Assembly (NCBI GenBank): GCA_009692845.1
Contig: SHYK01000006.1
Location: 16,534-80,533, forward strand
Source of the DNA: Chloroflexota bacterium
GTDB taxonomy: Bacteria; Chloroflexota; UBA6077; SHYK01
Direction of reading: 5' to 3'
DNA length: 64,000 nucleotides
Below the pieces are notes generated by a model. The model had not been told where the DNA came from. It made no database searches and worked only from the letters and a program-made list of their open reading frames with translations. The translations under genes and the position numbers were made by a program. Positions 44,942 to 54,861 of this stretch are shown in pieces. Numbering within the stretch: the first letter of the stretch is position 1; each line of letters opens with the position of its first letter.

Positions 44942-45652
44942 CTATTCGAACAGGAGCTCGGGCAGGGAGCTGATGACCCGATCTGGGCGAATCCTCGGTT
45001 GGAGAGCGGCCCCCTGGTTGCTCGATTCGACCCAGATGGCATGGATGCCGAGCCGCTGCGCACCAGCTACGTCGACGAGCTGGTCGTCGCCGACCATCCA
45101 CGCGTCGCCTGGCTGGGTTTTCAAGGCCTCGAGAGCGATTCGGAAAATCCGCTCGTCAGGCTTGCCGAACCCCAGCTCGCCCCCGATGAGAATGCAATCG
45201 AAGAGTGATTCGAGATCGAGCTGATCGATCTTGGGACGCTGCAGATCGGGAGGCCCGTTGGTGAGGAGGGCGAGTTGGACGCCTTCCGCGTGGAGCGCCT
45301 GCACGGTCTCGAGAGCGCCCGGAATGGCCGCCCACTTAATCCGACGCGCTCGATACGCGTCGGTGATCGGATCGGCCAAACCGGGACCGACGCAAAGCGC
45401 GCCGAGCGCGTCCGATACGATCTCGCGGACGACCGCTCGCAAATCGTACGGACCGACCGGGATTCGACCCTGATCGGTCCAGAAGGCGAAACGAGCGGTA
45501 TCGATCGCGGTGTACAGATCGACCGACGCTACCTGAACGGCCTGAGCGGCCTCATCGCAGACGGCGCGCCAGGCAAATTCGGGGGGCTCGAGCGCGTCGA
45601 TGATGGTGCCGTCGAGGTCGAGCAGCGCGGCTTTGGGCAAAGAACGGGTCAA
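44942..45652 (-). CDS. HAD-superfamily hydrolase
   Basis: Motif I LLDLDGTIID, LLTNG, and GKPDERIF...VGDD. TTG at 45652 is chosen because the upstream part of ORF 44942..45865 has no HAD similarity. The start is uncertain. Confidence 0.7.
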   Translation of the reverse strand: MTRSLPKAALLDLDGTIIDALEPPEFAWRAVCDEAAQAVQVASVDLYTAIDTARFAFWTDQGRIPVGPYDLRAVVREIVSDALGALCVGPGLADPITDAYRARRIKWAAIPGALETVQALHAEGVQLALLTNGPPDLQRPKIDQLDLESLFDCILIGGELGFGKPDERIFRIALEALKTQPGDAWMVGDDQLVDVAGAQRLGIHAIWVESSNQGAALQPRIRPDRVISSLPELLFE

Positions 45653-45704
45653 CGAAAACCTCAATTGCTGGGATGGAAAAGGCGATGACTCGTTGAAGGG
45701 CGCG

Positions 45705-46628
45705 GTGAATCGCTCGGATAATACCGCCCGAGCCGGCCAACTAGCCCACTGCACCCGGAGAAATCCCACGAACGACGCTATCCATTGGCAGCACGTCATC
45801 GGCATCGTCGGTGGCCTGGGTCCCCACGCACACATTGAACTCGAGAAGGCCTTGCTCGAGGCCACCGCCAGGTTGCTGAATCGACCGCCTCAGGACCAGG
45901 ACTATCCCGCCTGGCGGCTGGCATCATTCCCGGCGACTCCTGACCGGACGCTCGCCCTGCTCGGGCTCGGTCCATCCCCGCTGCCCTGGCTAGAGCGGAG
46001 CGTTCGAATCTTGACTTCCGGCGCCCGCGGTTTTCAAGCGGACTTCATTGTGATTGCGTGCATTACGGCTCATGCCTATCTCGAGGAGCTCCAGAAGCGA
46101 GTTGCGGTGCCGGTGCTGGACATGGTGGCGGAAACAATCAGGGCGGCGTCCGACCTCGGCGCTCGTCGGCTAGGGGTGTTGGCCACCACCGGTGCGCTGC
46201 AGGCCGGAATTTACCAGGAGGCCGCCGCCCGCATCGATCCCACCCTGGAAATCACCTCGCTGCTGAGCTTGAACGACGGAGATCGTTCGGGGGAGTGGCT
46301 CCAGGAGCATCTGGTCATGGAGCCGGTCTATGGCCCCCAGGCGGTCACCGGACGGGCGGGGGGCGGTCTCAAATCGGGTCTCGCACCTGGACCGGACGGG
46401 GCAGGCTTCCGAGAGCCACTCCTAGAGGCTGTTCAGCTCTTGGAGGCGGCCGGCGCCGAGATCGTGATTCTGGGCTGCACGGAACTTCCGATGGTTCTCG
46501 GTCAAGGCGAATGGAAGGGAGCGCCGCTGTTGGATCCTCTACAAGTAATTGCGACCGCGGCGGTCAAGATCGCCTCGGGCGCTTGGCCGCTCCCCGTCGT
46601 CGCTGCGCTCGCTTCGCATCCTCGCTGA
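45705..46628 (+). CDS. Asp/Glu/hydantoin racemase family protein
   Basis: GIVGGLGPHAH, VIACITAHAY and ILGCTELP give the two-cysteine racemase pattern. The GTG 45705 start is uncertain. Confidence 0.7.
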   Translation: MNRSDNTARAGQLAHCTRRNPTNDAIHWQHVIGIVGGLGPHAHIELEKALLEATARLLNRPPQDQDYPAWRLASFPATPDRTLALLGLGPSPLPWLERSVRILTSGARGFQADFIVIACITAHAYLEELQKRVAVPVLDMVAETIRAASDLGARRLGVLATTGALQAGIYQEAAARIDPTLEITSLLSLNDGDRSGEWLQEHLVMEPVYGPQAVTGRAGGGLKSGLAPGPDGAGFREPLLEAVQLLEAAGAEIVILGCTELPMVLGQGEWKGAPLLDPLQVIATAAVKIASGAWPLPVVAALASHPR

Positions 46629-46674
46629 GGGACGCCGGCCGTCCGGCCAAAGCTATTCCCATGGAGGTACTTAA

Positions 46675-46887
46675 GTGGATCCGGAACTGCCGGCATTGAC
46701 AAGACCGAACGACGGTTGCGCGGTCGATTGGTCATGGCTCGAAGGACGAGAGGTCGCGTCGGCGTGGTCCGACCTACAGTCGCTCAAGGTCGCGTTCCGC
46801 GATGGTCAGACTCTCGAAATAAAGGCGGCTTTGTATCAGGGAGCGCCCTTCTTGAGCTTCACACCCTGGAGGCCGATGCCCTCTTAG
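46675..46887 (+). CDS. hypothetical small protein
   Basis: 70-aa ORF with protein-like composition and a GTG start. No family recognised. Confidence 0.3.
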   Translation: MDPELPALTRPNDGCAVDWSWLEGREVASAWSDLQSLKVAFRDGQTLEIKAALYQGAPFLSFTPWRPMPS

Positions 46888-46928
46888 GGTTCTCCCGTCA
46901 CGAGGTATCAGCGACAAGCCCGCGAACT

Positions 46929-48446
46929 CTAGGTAGTAAGCACCGGGCGGAGAGACGGCACGGCTTCGGGGCGAACCTCGGCCGGCTGGACGGTTGGGTG
47001 ACCTGGCACAGTGGGGAGCCAAATCGTGAAGGTGCTCCCAGATCCGAGCTCGGATTCGACCTCAATCAACCCGTGGTGCTCATCGACCAGCCATCTCGCA
47101 ATGGTGAGGCCCAGACCCGCGCCGCCCGCCCCGCGCGCTCGATCCACTCGGTAGAAGCGCTCGAAGATTCGCTCTTGCTCGTCCTTTGCGATCCCGGCCG
47201 CGGTATCGCTGACTCGAACCCCCACCCCCTCGCGCCCGGCTCGGGTCAATGCAATCGTGTCGATAGATACTCGGCCGCCGTCGGGTGTGTACTTGACCGC
47301 ATTGTCGAGCAGAATCAATAGCAGCTGCTTGAGCCGGTCTGGGTCGCCGGCGACCCAGACCGGGCCGGGCACGTCGCCCAGGTGGAGCTCCACCCCTTCG
47401 CGGAAAAAGCGGGCCGCCCGGAAGGCGTTGTGGACGATGGGGGTTAGCTCGGTGGGCACCAATTGCAGGTGCTGGCCGGCGTCGGCCTGATCGAGGAGCA
47501 GCAGGTCTCCGACCAATCGCGAAAGCCGCTCGGTTTCGGCCGCGAGGTCCGCGAGCACCTGTTCGCGCTCTTCGGATGCGGCCCCGACCGGACTCTCCCA
47601 GGCCATGCGTCGGAGCAGCTCGACATTCCCACGCATAGAGGTCAACGGCGTTCGCAGCTCGTGGCTGGCATCTCCGACAAAGCGGCGCTGCGCGGCGAGA
47701 GCGGCCTCCACCTGGTCGTAGGCACCCTGGAGGCGAGCCAGCATCTGGTTGAACTCACCGGCCAGGCGACCCACCTCGTCACGTCGCTCTCTTCGACCCA
47801 GGGGGACGCGGCGACCAAAGTCTCGAGCCAGACCGATCGCGTGAGCGGCAGCCGCCAATCGGTCGATTGGTCGGAGCGCCGCCCGTGCCAGCAGCCACCC
47901 GATGATGAGAGACGCGAGAACTCCGGCTGCGCCTAGGGTCAAGAAAATGGTTTGGAGGGAGCGAACCGCGGTGTAGAGAGGCTCCAGGGGTCGCGCCACC
48001 TGGATCAAGCCGACCGGGACGCCCTCCCGCAAACGGAGGGGCGCGACATACATCCGGAGGGGCTGATTTTCCACCTCGATGTCCGCGAGCAGATCTTCTC
48101 CGGCCAGCGCCCGGCGGAGCATATCGGGGTCATTGGGGAGAGTCGTGTCCTCGTCGAGGTTCTGGCTGCGGCCGACGATCTCGCCGCTGGGGGTAATGAT
48201 CTGAATAAAGACGTCGGGAGCGGCTAGCGCGCGCGGGCTGGCAAGCACCACGACGCGAGAGCGTCCGGCCACCCGCTCGAACAACTCGCTGCCAGCGGTA
48301 AATGTGCGGGCTTGCTCCCGCAAAGAAGCGTCGAGGCTTCTTTGCAGCGCCTGCTGCTGATAGGCGTAGGCCACGCTGGCGAAGGCGGCTACGGTGAGCA
48401 ACAGGACCAGACCATTGAGCAGGGTGAGCCGAAGGCCCAAGCTCAT
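46929..48446 (-). CDS. sensor histidine kinase (TM-HAMP-HisKA-HATPase)
   Basis: 505 aa with the H-box FVGDASHELRTPLTSM, N-box LLDNAVKYT, and G-boxes GLGLTIARWLV. Confidence 0.85.
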   Translation of the reverse strand: MSLGLRLTLLNGLVLLLTVAAFASVAYAYQQQALQRSLDASLREQARTFTAGSELFERVAGRSRVVVLASPRALAAPDVFIQIITPSGEIVGRSQNLDEDTTLPNDPDMLRRALAGEDLLADIEVENQPLRMYVAPLRLREGVPVGLIQVARPLEPLYTAVRSLQTIFLTLGAAGVLASLIIGWLLARAALRPIDRLAAAAHAIGLARDFGRRVPLGRRERRDEVGRLAGEFNQMLARLQGAYDQVEAALAAQRRFVGDASHELRTPLTSMRGNVELLRRMAWESPVGAASEEREQVLADLAAETERLSRLVGDLLLLDQADAGQHLQLVPTELTPIVHNAFRAARFFREGVELHLGDVPGPVWVAGDPDRLKQLLLILLDNAVKYTPDGGRVSIDTIALTRAGREGVGVRVSDTAAGIAKDEQERIFERFYRVDRARGAGGAGLGLTIARWLVDEHHGLIEVESELGSGSTFTIWLPTVPGHPTVQPAEVRPEAVPSLRPVLTT

Positions 48447-49192
48447 TGGGCGGCAACCTCTTCCCGCATCACGTATCCAGCGGATCGCACCGTATGCAGC
48501 ACCCGCGGCTCACCTTCCGCCTCGAGTTTTTGCCGTAGGTGGCCCAGGGTGACCTCGATCACGTTCGAATCGCCCAGGAAATCGAAGTCCCAGACTTCCT
48601 CGAAGATCTCCCGCCGGCTGAGCACTCGGCCCGGATGGCGGAGGAAGAAGGCGAGCAGTTCGTATTCCATGTTACGTAGCTCGAGCTTGTGACCGCCGCG
48701 GACCGCCTCGTGAGCGTCCTGATCCAGCACGATATCCGAAAAAGTGAGCGTCCCGCGTTTACGCTCGGCGGCATTGACCTCCTGGCGGCGGAGCAGTGCC
48801 CGCAAGCGCGCGAGCAGCTCTTCGAGGGCGAAAGGCTTGATGAGGTAATCGTCGGCACCGGCATCGAGGCCCATCACCCGGTCCTCGATGGCGTCACGGG
48901 CGGTGAGCATCAGAATGGGGACTCCTCCACCTGCCCGTAGGCGGCGGGCAACTTCGAGGCCGTCGAGCCCCGGCAGCATGACGTCCAGTACCACGATGTC
49001 GGGCTGCTCGGCTTCGGCAGCGGCGAGAGCGGCCGGACCGTCGATTGCGAGCTTCACCTGGTAACCGGCCTGGGAGAGGGCTCGCTGGATGAAGGCGGCG
49101 ATCCGGTAGTCGTCTTCCACAATGAGCACTTTGGGAGTTGGGGAAGGGACCGGGCTGCCGCGCCCGCTGAGGTCCAAATTTCTAATGGCCAT
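48443..49192 (-). CDS. OmpR/PhoB-family response regulator
   Basis: 249 aa with a receiver domain (VLIVEDD, DIVVLDVMLPGLDG, KPF) and a winged-helix output (EYELLAFFLRHPGRVLSR...VRSAGYVM). Overlaps the kinase start by 4 nt. Confidence 0.9.
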   Translation of the reverse strand: MAIRNLDLSGRGSPVPSPTPKVLIVEDDYRIAAFIQRALSQAGYQVKLAIDGPAALAAAEAEQPDIVVLDVMLPGLDGLEVARRLRAGGGVPILMLTARDAIEDRVMGLDAGADDYLIKPFALEELLARLRALLRRQEVNAAERKRGTLTFSDIVLDQDAHEAVRGGHKLELRNMEYELLAFFLRHPGRVLSRREIFEEVWDFDFLGDSNVIEVTLGHLRQKLEAEGEPRVLHTVRSAGYVMREEVAAQ

Positions 49193-49342
49193 GGGATGCT
49201 CCCTGCTCCTGAAAGTTTAGGCCCTAGCGGGCGGCAAAGTGCAAATTTTGTTGGACCAGCATTTCGTCGGGCCTCCAGGTGTGAGCTGGCTAGCCTTCTT
49301 CCGTTGCGCGAAGGGTTGCGCGAAGGATGGAAGAGAGTGCGA

Positions 49343-49374
49343 AAAGGCTGCCCTGACCAATCGGGGCAGCCTTT
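49343..49374 (-). terminator. intrinsic terminator downstream of 49415..50107
   Basis: The minus strand reads aaaggctgccc-cgattggtca-gggcagccttt followed by tc. This is an 11-bp stem whose 3' arm runs into a T-tract (TTTTC). Confidence 0.55.
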
Positions 49375-49414
49375 CGTGCGTGGTTGTAAGACCTGATTGA
49401 GCGAGTCGGCCCGT

Positions 49415-50107
49415 TTAAGAGCTCCTCGGGTTGGCATCCGAGCCCGGGACCCGCTGACCACCCGGCTGGCCCGGCTGACCACGTTCCTGGCCGGGTCGAG
49501 CACCGGTGCGACCCTGGGGAATCACCCGGTCGAGCGCCTGGTCGATCTTCTGGTCGATCATTGCCTTGGCCTTCGCCGGGTCGAACCGACCGGCTGCTAC
49601 TGCTTGGTCGATGCGCTGATTCGCCGCGCTCTTGAGTGCGGCAGCGACGTCCGCTGGACTCTTTCCGTGGGCCCGAGCGACGTCGGCCAATGACTTGCCG
49701 GGAAGCTCCTGACGAAGCTGCTCGGGGGTGATGCCGAGGGCCTGGGCGGCGGCTGACAACGCGAGTGCCATGCCTGGCATTCCGTGAGCTTCGGGCCTGG
49801 AGCCGCCTGGGCGAGACTCAGGTCGCGACATTCCGCCTGGCCTTCCGGCCGACCGATCGGGAAGCCCCAGGTCCTTGCGGGCGTCGGTCATCGCTTCCTG
49901 CAAGCGATCGGTGGTGATTCCGAGATGCTTGGCGACTCCATCCCAGAAGGCCTGGATCCCGGGCCGGGCTTGCCCCTGGCCGGTGGTGGGGGTGGGAGTC
50001 TGCTGGGCCAGCACTACCCCGAGGGTGGCACCACCGAGCAGCAAGGCCCCGCTAGCGGCGAGAAAAATCCTATTCGAGAATAAGGCCGTCTTCAATATGG
50101 ATCGCAT
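49415..50107 (-). CDS. secreted repeat protein, tentatively CpxP/Spy-like (LTXXQ-type motifs), upstream of the two-component pair
   Basis: Start at ATG 50107 (MRSILKTALFSNRIFLAASGALLLGGATLGVVLAQQ signal). Repeated LGITTDRLQEAM / LGITPEQLRQEL segments. The family assignment is tentative. Confidence 0.55.
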   Translation of the reverse strand: MRSILKTALFSNRIFLAASGALLLGGATLGVVLAQQTPTPTTGQGQARPGIQAFWDGVAKHLGITTDRLQEAMTDARKDLGLPDRSAGRPGGMSRPESRPGGSRPEAHGMPGMALALSAAAQALGITPEQLRQELPGKSLADVARAHGKSPADVAAALKSAANQRIDQAVAAGRFDPAKAKAMIDQKIDQALDRVIPQGRTGARPGQERGQPGQPGGQRVPGSDANPRSS

Positions 50108-50190
50108 GGACTGTGGCTCCTTCGTGGTGTGCTGTCGAAACCATATCAAGTCCCGGGACAGGCAAAGCGTCCGTCCGCTGAAATCTCCCT

Positions 50191-50212
50191 AAAAAGGACC
50201 CGAAACGGGTCT
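50191..50212 (-). terminator. intrinsic terminator downstream of the CoA-binding protein gene
   Basis: The minus strand reads agacccg-ttt-cgggtc followed by CTTTTTAG. This is a 6-7-bp GC stem plus a T5 tract, 20 nt after the stop at 50232. Confidence 0.6.
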
Positions 50213-50231
50213 GACTCCTAGCCTGGCTGGC

Positions 50232-50651
50232 TCAGACTCCGAGCAAGGTTACGTAGGCCACCGCGAGACAGCGATCCATGACGACCGTGAGTCCACCCGC
50301 TTCGGCTCGGGAGGCGGCCGCTTCGCTCACGATGCCCTGCTGAAGCCAGAAGGCCCGGGCGCCGATCTTGACCGCCTGGTCGGCGATCGGCGGCGTATCC
50401 TCGGCTCGGCGAAAAACGTCGACGATGTCAATCGATTCGGTCAAGTCTTCCAGGGATCGATACGCCTTCTCGCCCAGCACTTCGGTCTCATTCGGATTGA
50501 CCGGAATCACGCGATAGCCGGCCCGCTGCAAGTGGCTCATGACGCCATGGGATGGCCGATCCGGCTTGGAGGAGGCGCCGCCCATGGCAATCGTCTTGCT
50601 CGTTTCCAACAAGGTCCAGATCTCATCGTCCGACGGATTGACGTGCATCAC
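50232..50651 (-). CDS. CoA-binding domain protein (YccU/YneT-like)
   Basis: 139 aa with IAMGGASSKPDRPSHGVMSHLQRAGYRVIPVNP and IVDVFRR motifs. Confidence 0.8.
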   Translation of the reverse strand: MMHVNPSDDEIWTLLETSKTIAMGGASSKPDRPSHGVMSHLQRAGYRVIPVNPNETEVLGEKAYRSLEDLTESIDIVDVFRRAEDTPPIADQAVKIGARAFWLQQGIVSEAAASRAEAGGLTVVMDRCLAVAYVTLLGV

Positions 50652-50778
50652 GGTCTCTCCCTTGCCAAACTCAATCAGAGCATATCAGGATGAACGGCAG
50701 GCACGACTTGGGGAAAGCGGGACATCCGGCGAGACGGCCTGCACGTTTAGTCAGCAATAGAGCTAAATTGGTAGTGCA

Positions 50779-51620
50779 ATGAGTAACCTCTCGCCCGAGC
50801 CACCCAGCAGCGAGATCACCCCCGAATCCCTGTACCTGAATCGGCGGGAATTCATGAAGAACGGCGCCTGACCCTCGGAACGGCGACGATCGTGGGGAGC
50901 GGGCTGCTGTCCCTGGTGGGCAATGCGCCGCCGCCCGACCAAACGGAGCCGAGCCCGGGTCCGGACACTGGTCCGATAGTAGCCAACGGTGCTTTCGACA
51001 CTGACGAGCCGGCGAACTCCTATCGGGACGTCACGACCTACAACAACTTCTATGAGTTCGGACAGGGCAAGAGCGACCCCGCTCGCAACGCCGGGACCCT
51101 GCACACCCGCCCGTGGACGATCAAGGTTGAAGGCGCGGTGGCCAAACCGCAGACGATCGATATCGACGACATGCTCACCTGGTTTCCCTTGGAGACGCGG
51201 ATCTATCGCATGCGCTGTGTCGAGGCGTGGTCGCTAGTGATCCCGTGGGTGGGATTCCCGCTCGGGGCGCTGATCAAGCGGCTGGAGCCCACCGGGAACG
51301 CCAAATTTGTGGAATTCACCTCGCTGCTGCGCCCGGAGGAGATGCCGGGCCAGCGCGCCCCGATCCTGGCCTGGCCGTACGTGGAAGGCCTGAGGCTGGA
51401 CGAGGCGATGCACCCGCTTACCTTGCTGGCGACCGGGCTGTATGACAACCCGCTCCCGAATCAGAACGGGGCACCCATCCGCCTGGTCGTCCCATGGAAG
51501 TACGGACTGAAGGGGATCAAGTCCATCGTCAAGATCCGCTTCACGGACACTCAACCCAACACCATCGGGGATCGGTTTCCCGGCGGTGATCATTCGGCCG
51601 CTGGCCCTGGTTTGAGATAG
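50779..51620 (+). pseudogene. msrP: protein-methionine-sulfoxide reductase catalytic subunit MsrP (YedY), frameshifted in the Tat signal and 3'-truncated
   Basis: [30 protein letters not shown] is followed by TGA at 50869-50871. The continuation ([14 protein letters not shown]...YNNFYEFG...[20 protein letters not shown]...[24 protein letters not shown]) is in the next frame, and one extra C in the CC run at 50867-50868 would restore it. Family similarity stops after TDTQPNT at about 51565. The usual EYGFY...HPRWSQ tail and msrQ are absent. Confidence 0.7.
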
Positions 51621-52582
51621 CGGCCGAGAAAGGCCGGCACCGTGAGGAGGGCGTCAGCCCGGGCATCCGGATCGGTTCCGAGATGTACACCGCCCGTCTG
51701 GGCAGCGGCGCGTACGTCGGTCCGGACGTGAACCGGCGTGTTGGGATCGTCGAAGGCATGGTAGGCGCCTGGGTAGGTCTTCAGGGTCAAGGGCTCGGGC
51801 GATTCGGCGGCGCGTGTCAGCAGCGTGCGGCAGGGCCCGACCGGAGTCCAGTCGTCGGCTTCGCCGACGAGGATGAGCAGGGGTACGGAGCTCGCCACGC
51901 GTCGAGGAGCGGCGGCGGCTCGGCACCCGGGGTAGAAGGCGATGGCCGTGCGGAACCGAGCACCTCCTTCGGTGTCGGACTCTGAGCTACTTTGGTCCGA
52001 CTGGCCGTCGAGAGGCCCGACCACCGTCGCCAACGTCGAGGCGCCACCGTGCGACCAGCCAACCAGCCCGGCCCGGTCCCCGTCCACGAAATCTTGCGAC
52101 TGCAAATACGCCAGTGCGCCCCGCGCATCGGCGGGCCGGTCCGTGCTTGAGGAAACCGGCTGCGGAGATCGGGTGCATTCCTCGCGGAAGCCTCGCGAGT
52201 TGAAGCTGTCCACGAGCAGCACCACGTAACCGTCTGCGAGCAGTAGCTCGGCCCACGCGCGATAGCGGCTGACTAATGCTCTGGTCGCGGTCAAGAGACC
52301 GCCGCAGCCATGAAGGAGCACAAGGGCCGGGAACGGTCCAACTCCTGAAGGCCGTGCGAGTAGGGCGTTCAGCATGACCTCGTTAGCTGCCGGATCGGTG
52401 AGCTGGGAAGGGAAGGCCACCCAGCTCATGCCGATCTGAGTCGGCTGTGCGCCGGCGGGCTCGGCGGGAATTAGAAGCAGAATGAAAGCCAACGTCAGCA
52501 CCCCGAATTTCAAGTCGGAGTGACCCGTTCGGAGTCGGGCCCCGCCGTCAGGCTGAAACGCCGCACGGACAGGTGTCGCCAC
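51590..52582 (-). CDS. secreted dienelactone hydrolase family protein
   Basis: 330 aa with a signal-like N-terminus, LVLLHGCGG, the nucleophile elbow GWSHGG, and GEADDWTP...AYHAF. Confidence 0.8.
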   Translation of the reverse strand: MATPVRAAFQPDGGARLRTGHSDLKFGVLTLAFILLLIPAEPAGAQPTQIGMSWVAFPSQLTDPAANEVMLNALLARPSGVGPFPALVLLHGCGGLLTATRALVSRYRAWAELLLADGYVVLLVDSFNSRGFREECTRSPQPVSSSTDRPADARGALAYLQSQDFVDGDRAGLVGWSHGGASTLATVVGPLDGQSDQSSSESDTEGGARFRTAIAFYPGCRAAAAPRRVASSVPLLILVGEADDWTPVGPCRTLLTRAAESPEPLTLKTYPGAYHAFDDPNTPVHVRTDVRAAAQTGGVHLGTDPDARADALLTVPAFLGRYLKPGPAAE

Positions 52583-52611
52583 CTCCCCGCCCAGGATCAG
52601 GGGTGAAATAA

Positions 52612-52791
52612 CGGCCGCGCGGCATCGATCCCGAGCCGATGGATTGGTACCTGGAGGCGTTCCGGCACCGCATGCTGCCGCAGGGTGGCTTCGCCATCGG
52701 TTTAGAGCGGTGGGTGGCCCAGCTCATCGGTGCGCCCAACGTGCGGGAGGCCGCGCTATTTCCGCGCGACCTCCATCGCCTCGTGCCGTGA
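52612..52791 (+). pseudogene. 59-codon 3' fragment of a class IIb aminoacyl-tRNA synthetase (AspRS/AsnRS-type motif 3)
   Basis: The frame is open only from the TAA at 52609-52611: RPRGIDPEPMDWYLEAFRHRMLPQGGFAIGLERWVAQLIGAPNVREAALFPRDLHRLVP*. The GGFxIGLER...NxREaxxFPRD pattern is the C-terminal end of the family. Nothing corresponds to the first 350 aa or so. Confidence 0.6.
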
Positions 52792-52799
52792 AGCCCAGC

Positions 52800-53000
52800 C
52801 TAGTCGCGCTTTACGATGTCGTAGCCGAGCTCTTCCACCGCCGAGAGGATGTCCGCGACCGCCGTCGAATCCTGAATGTCGGCATGACCCAGGCGCACGC
52901 TGACCTTGTAATTCGCCCCGAAGGGGTGATGCTCCTTGCGAAATTGGATGATTTCGCGAGCGAGCGCAATCGGGTTGGCCTTTTGCGGGTCAGCGTCCAT
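52800..53000 (-). CDS. small conserved-looking protein at the end of the sdh operon (possible SdhF-like fourth subunit)
   Basis: 66 aa with an ATG 20 nt after the stop of the HdrB-like gene on the same strand. Composition is protein-like and there is no TM segment. The function is inferred from position only. Confidence 0.45.
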   Translation of the reverse strand: MDADPQKANPIALAREIIQFRKEHHPFGANYKVSVRLGHADIQDSTAVADILSAVEELGYDIVKRD

Positions 53001-53020
53001 GGCGATCGGTCCCAGCTGGC

Positions 53021-53899
53021 TTAGCTCAGCATCTCCACCTTGGCGTTCACCACCTTGGTCGAGACGATGTGCTTGCCCAGGCCCAATTCACTGGGGGTCA
53101 TGCCCAGGGCGAGGCCGACGAACTGGGGCAGGTGCAAGATGGGAAGGTTGATCTCCTTGCCCACTTGCTTCTCGGCATTGGGCTGGTTGCCGTCGAGGTT
53201 CAGGTGGCACAGCGGACAAGGGGTGACCATCACGTCGGCGCCCTTCTCTTTCGCTTCACCCGTGTGCTTGGCGGCCATGGCCAGGGAGTTCTCTTCATTC
53301 GCGGTCAGGACGGGGAAGCCGCAACACTTGCCTTTGCCGGCGATGTCGATGAATTCGGCCCCCATCAGCTTGATGAGGTCATCCAGGTAGGTGGCGCGCT
53401 TTTCGAATCCGGGCGGGGTCATGACCTCTGGGGGCCGACGCAGATAGCAGCCATAGAAGGGTGATACCGCAAGCCCGGCCAAGGGCTTCTGGACCATCGC
53501 CTGGAGCTTCTCGGCGCCGATATCCTCGAACAGCACCCAGAGCAGGTGCTTGATCTCGGCGGTACCCTTGTATTCGAGTCCTTCGTCGGCCAGATATTTG
53601 CGGTTGATTTCTTCCCGGTATTCGGGGTCCTCGGTCAAGCGGTGATTGGCCTGGGTCATCACACCCTGACAGGTGCTGCAGATCGTCATGATCGGCATTC
53701 CCATCGCTTCGGCTTTGGCGAAGGTGCGGGCATTGATCGGATCGGAGAGGCCCTGAGGCAGCACGCCAGCGCCGGTGCAGCCAACGTCGTGGAGCTCTTC
53801 GAGCTCGATCCCGAGGCGGTCGGCAACCATCAGAGAGGCCGGGTAGAGTTCGGGGCAGCCTCCCTTAGAGACGCATCCGGTGTACAGCGCGTACTTCAT
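53021..53899 (-). CDS. HdrB-like two-CCG-domain protein (SdhE/SdhC of type-E succinate:quinone oxidoreductases)
   Basis: 292 aa with two Cys-rich CCG-type domains ([14 protein letters not shown]...CTGAG...CSTCQG; FYGCY...CCGFP...CPLCHLN). Overlaps the sdhB stop by 4 nt. Confidence 0.8.
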   Translation of the reverse strand: MKYALYTGCVSKGGCPELYPASLMVADRLGIELEELHDVGCTGAGVLPQGLSDPINARTFAKAEAMGMPIMTICSTCQGVMTQANHRLTEDPEYREEINRKYLADEGLEYKGTAEIKHLLWVLFEDIGAEKLQAMVQKPLAGLAVSPFYGCYLRRPPEVMTPPGFEKRATYLDDLIKLMGAEFIDIAGKGKCCGFPVLTANEENSLAMAAKHTGEAKEKGADVMVTPCPLCHLNLDGNQPNAEKQVGKEINLPILHLPQFVGLALGMTPSELGLGKHIVSTKVVNAKVEMLS

Positions 53900-54846
53900 T
53901 TCCCTCTCTCATCTCCCTTTTCAAAGATCTCAGTGATCCGTTTCGCCCCCGGTCGCTTGTGATGCAAATAGGGGATGGGGGCCTTGCCCTTTATGGCGGC
54001 GCGCGCCGCTATCGGGAGCAGCTTCATCAGCCCGGAGATATTGGTAAGCCCCTCCGATTCAATCGCCAGACGGGCCTCGTCTAGCCAGCCACTGGCCTTC
54101 ACCGAGGCGGCAAAACTCGTGTGGTGGCGGGCCACTCTTTCGTTCGTGATGCCCTTCTCAAAAGCCATGTCGCGGAGCTGCACGATCCGCTCGGTGGGTC
54201 CAATATTGCGGGGGCAGTGCTCGCTCGCTTCATAGCAATGCACACAGTCCCAGATGCCCTCGGCTTGCTGGGCCATCTTCAGATGCTCGCCGGGATTCTT
54301 GTCCCGCGGATCCGCCGCCAACCGATAGGCTTTGGTGAGCGCGGCCGGCCCGAGGAACTTCATGTCGACCGGGAGGACGGTGCAGCCCTCGTCGCATAGG
54401 CCGCAGTAATAGCAGCTCATGGCGTTGCGGAGATCCGCCATCACTTTGTCGGGCACGGTCCGCACGCCGTCGGTGGATTCCTGGGGCTCGATCCAAGGGT
54501 TGAGCACCTTGATCTTGTTCCACATGAAGGCGTCCCAATCGAAGACCAGATCCTTAATGACCGGGACCATGCGGATGGGTCGCAAAGCAATCTCGGGCCG
54601 GTTCATGAAGTTCGCGACCTTGGCCGTGCAGGCGAAGGTGTTCTTGCCATTGATGCTCATCATGCAGTCGCCGCAGTAGCCCCTCAGGCAGGAGCCCCGG
54701 AAAGCGAAATTCGGGTCTTCCTCGTCGCGGATCTTCAGCATGCCATCCATGATGGTGGCATCTTCGGGCAGGTCGAGCTTGTACACGCCGCGCCGGTATT
54801 CCGCTTCCCCCGGCTCGCGTCGATAGGCGTTAAAGGTTACTTCCAC
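53896..54846 (-). CDS. sdhB: succinate dehydrogenase/fumarate reductase iron-sulfur subunit
   Basis: 316 aa with a 2Fe-2S motif ([21 protein letters not shown]) and 4Fe-4S/3Fe-4S motifs ([23 protein letters not shown]). Confidence 0.85.
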   Translation of the reverse strand: MEVTFNAYRREPGEAEYRRGVYKLDLPEDATIMDGMLKIRDEEDPNFAFRGSCLRGYCGDCMMSINGKNTFACTAKVANFMNRPEIALRPIRMVPVIKDLVFDWDAFMWNKIKVLNPWIEPQESTDGVRTVPDKVMADLRNAMSCYYCGLCDEGCTVLPVDMKFLGPAALTKAYRLAADPRDKNPGEHLKMAQQAEGIWDCVHCYEASEHCPRNIGPTERIVQLRDMAFEKGITNERVARHHTSFAASVKASGWLDEARLAIESEGLTNISGLMKLLPIAARAAIKGKAPIPYLHHKRPGAKRITEIFEKGDERGK

Positions 54847-54861
54847 TCCACTTCTCCTCTA

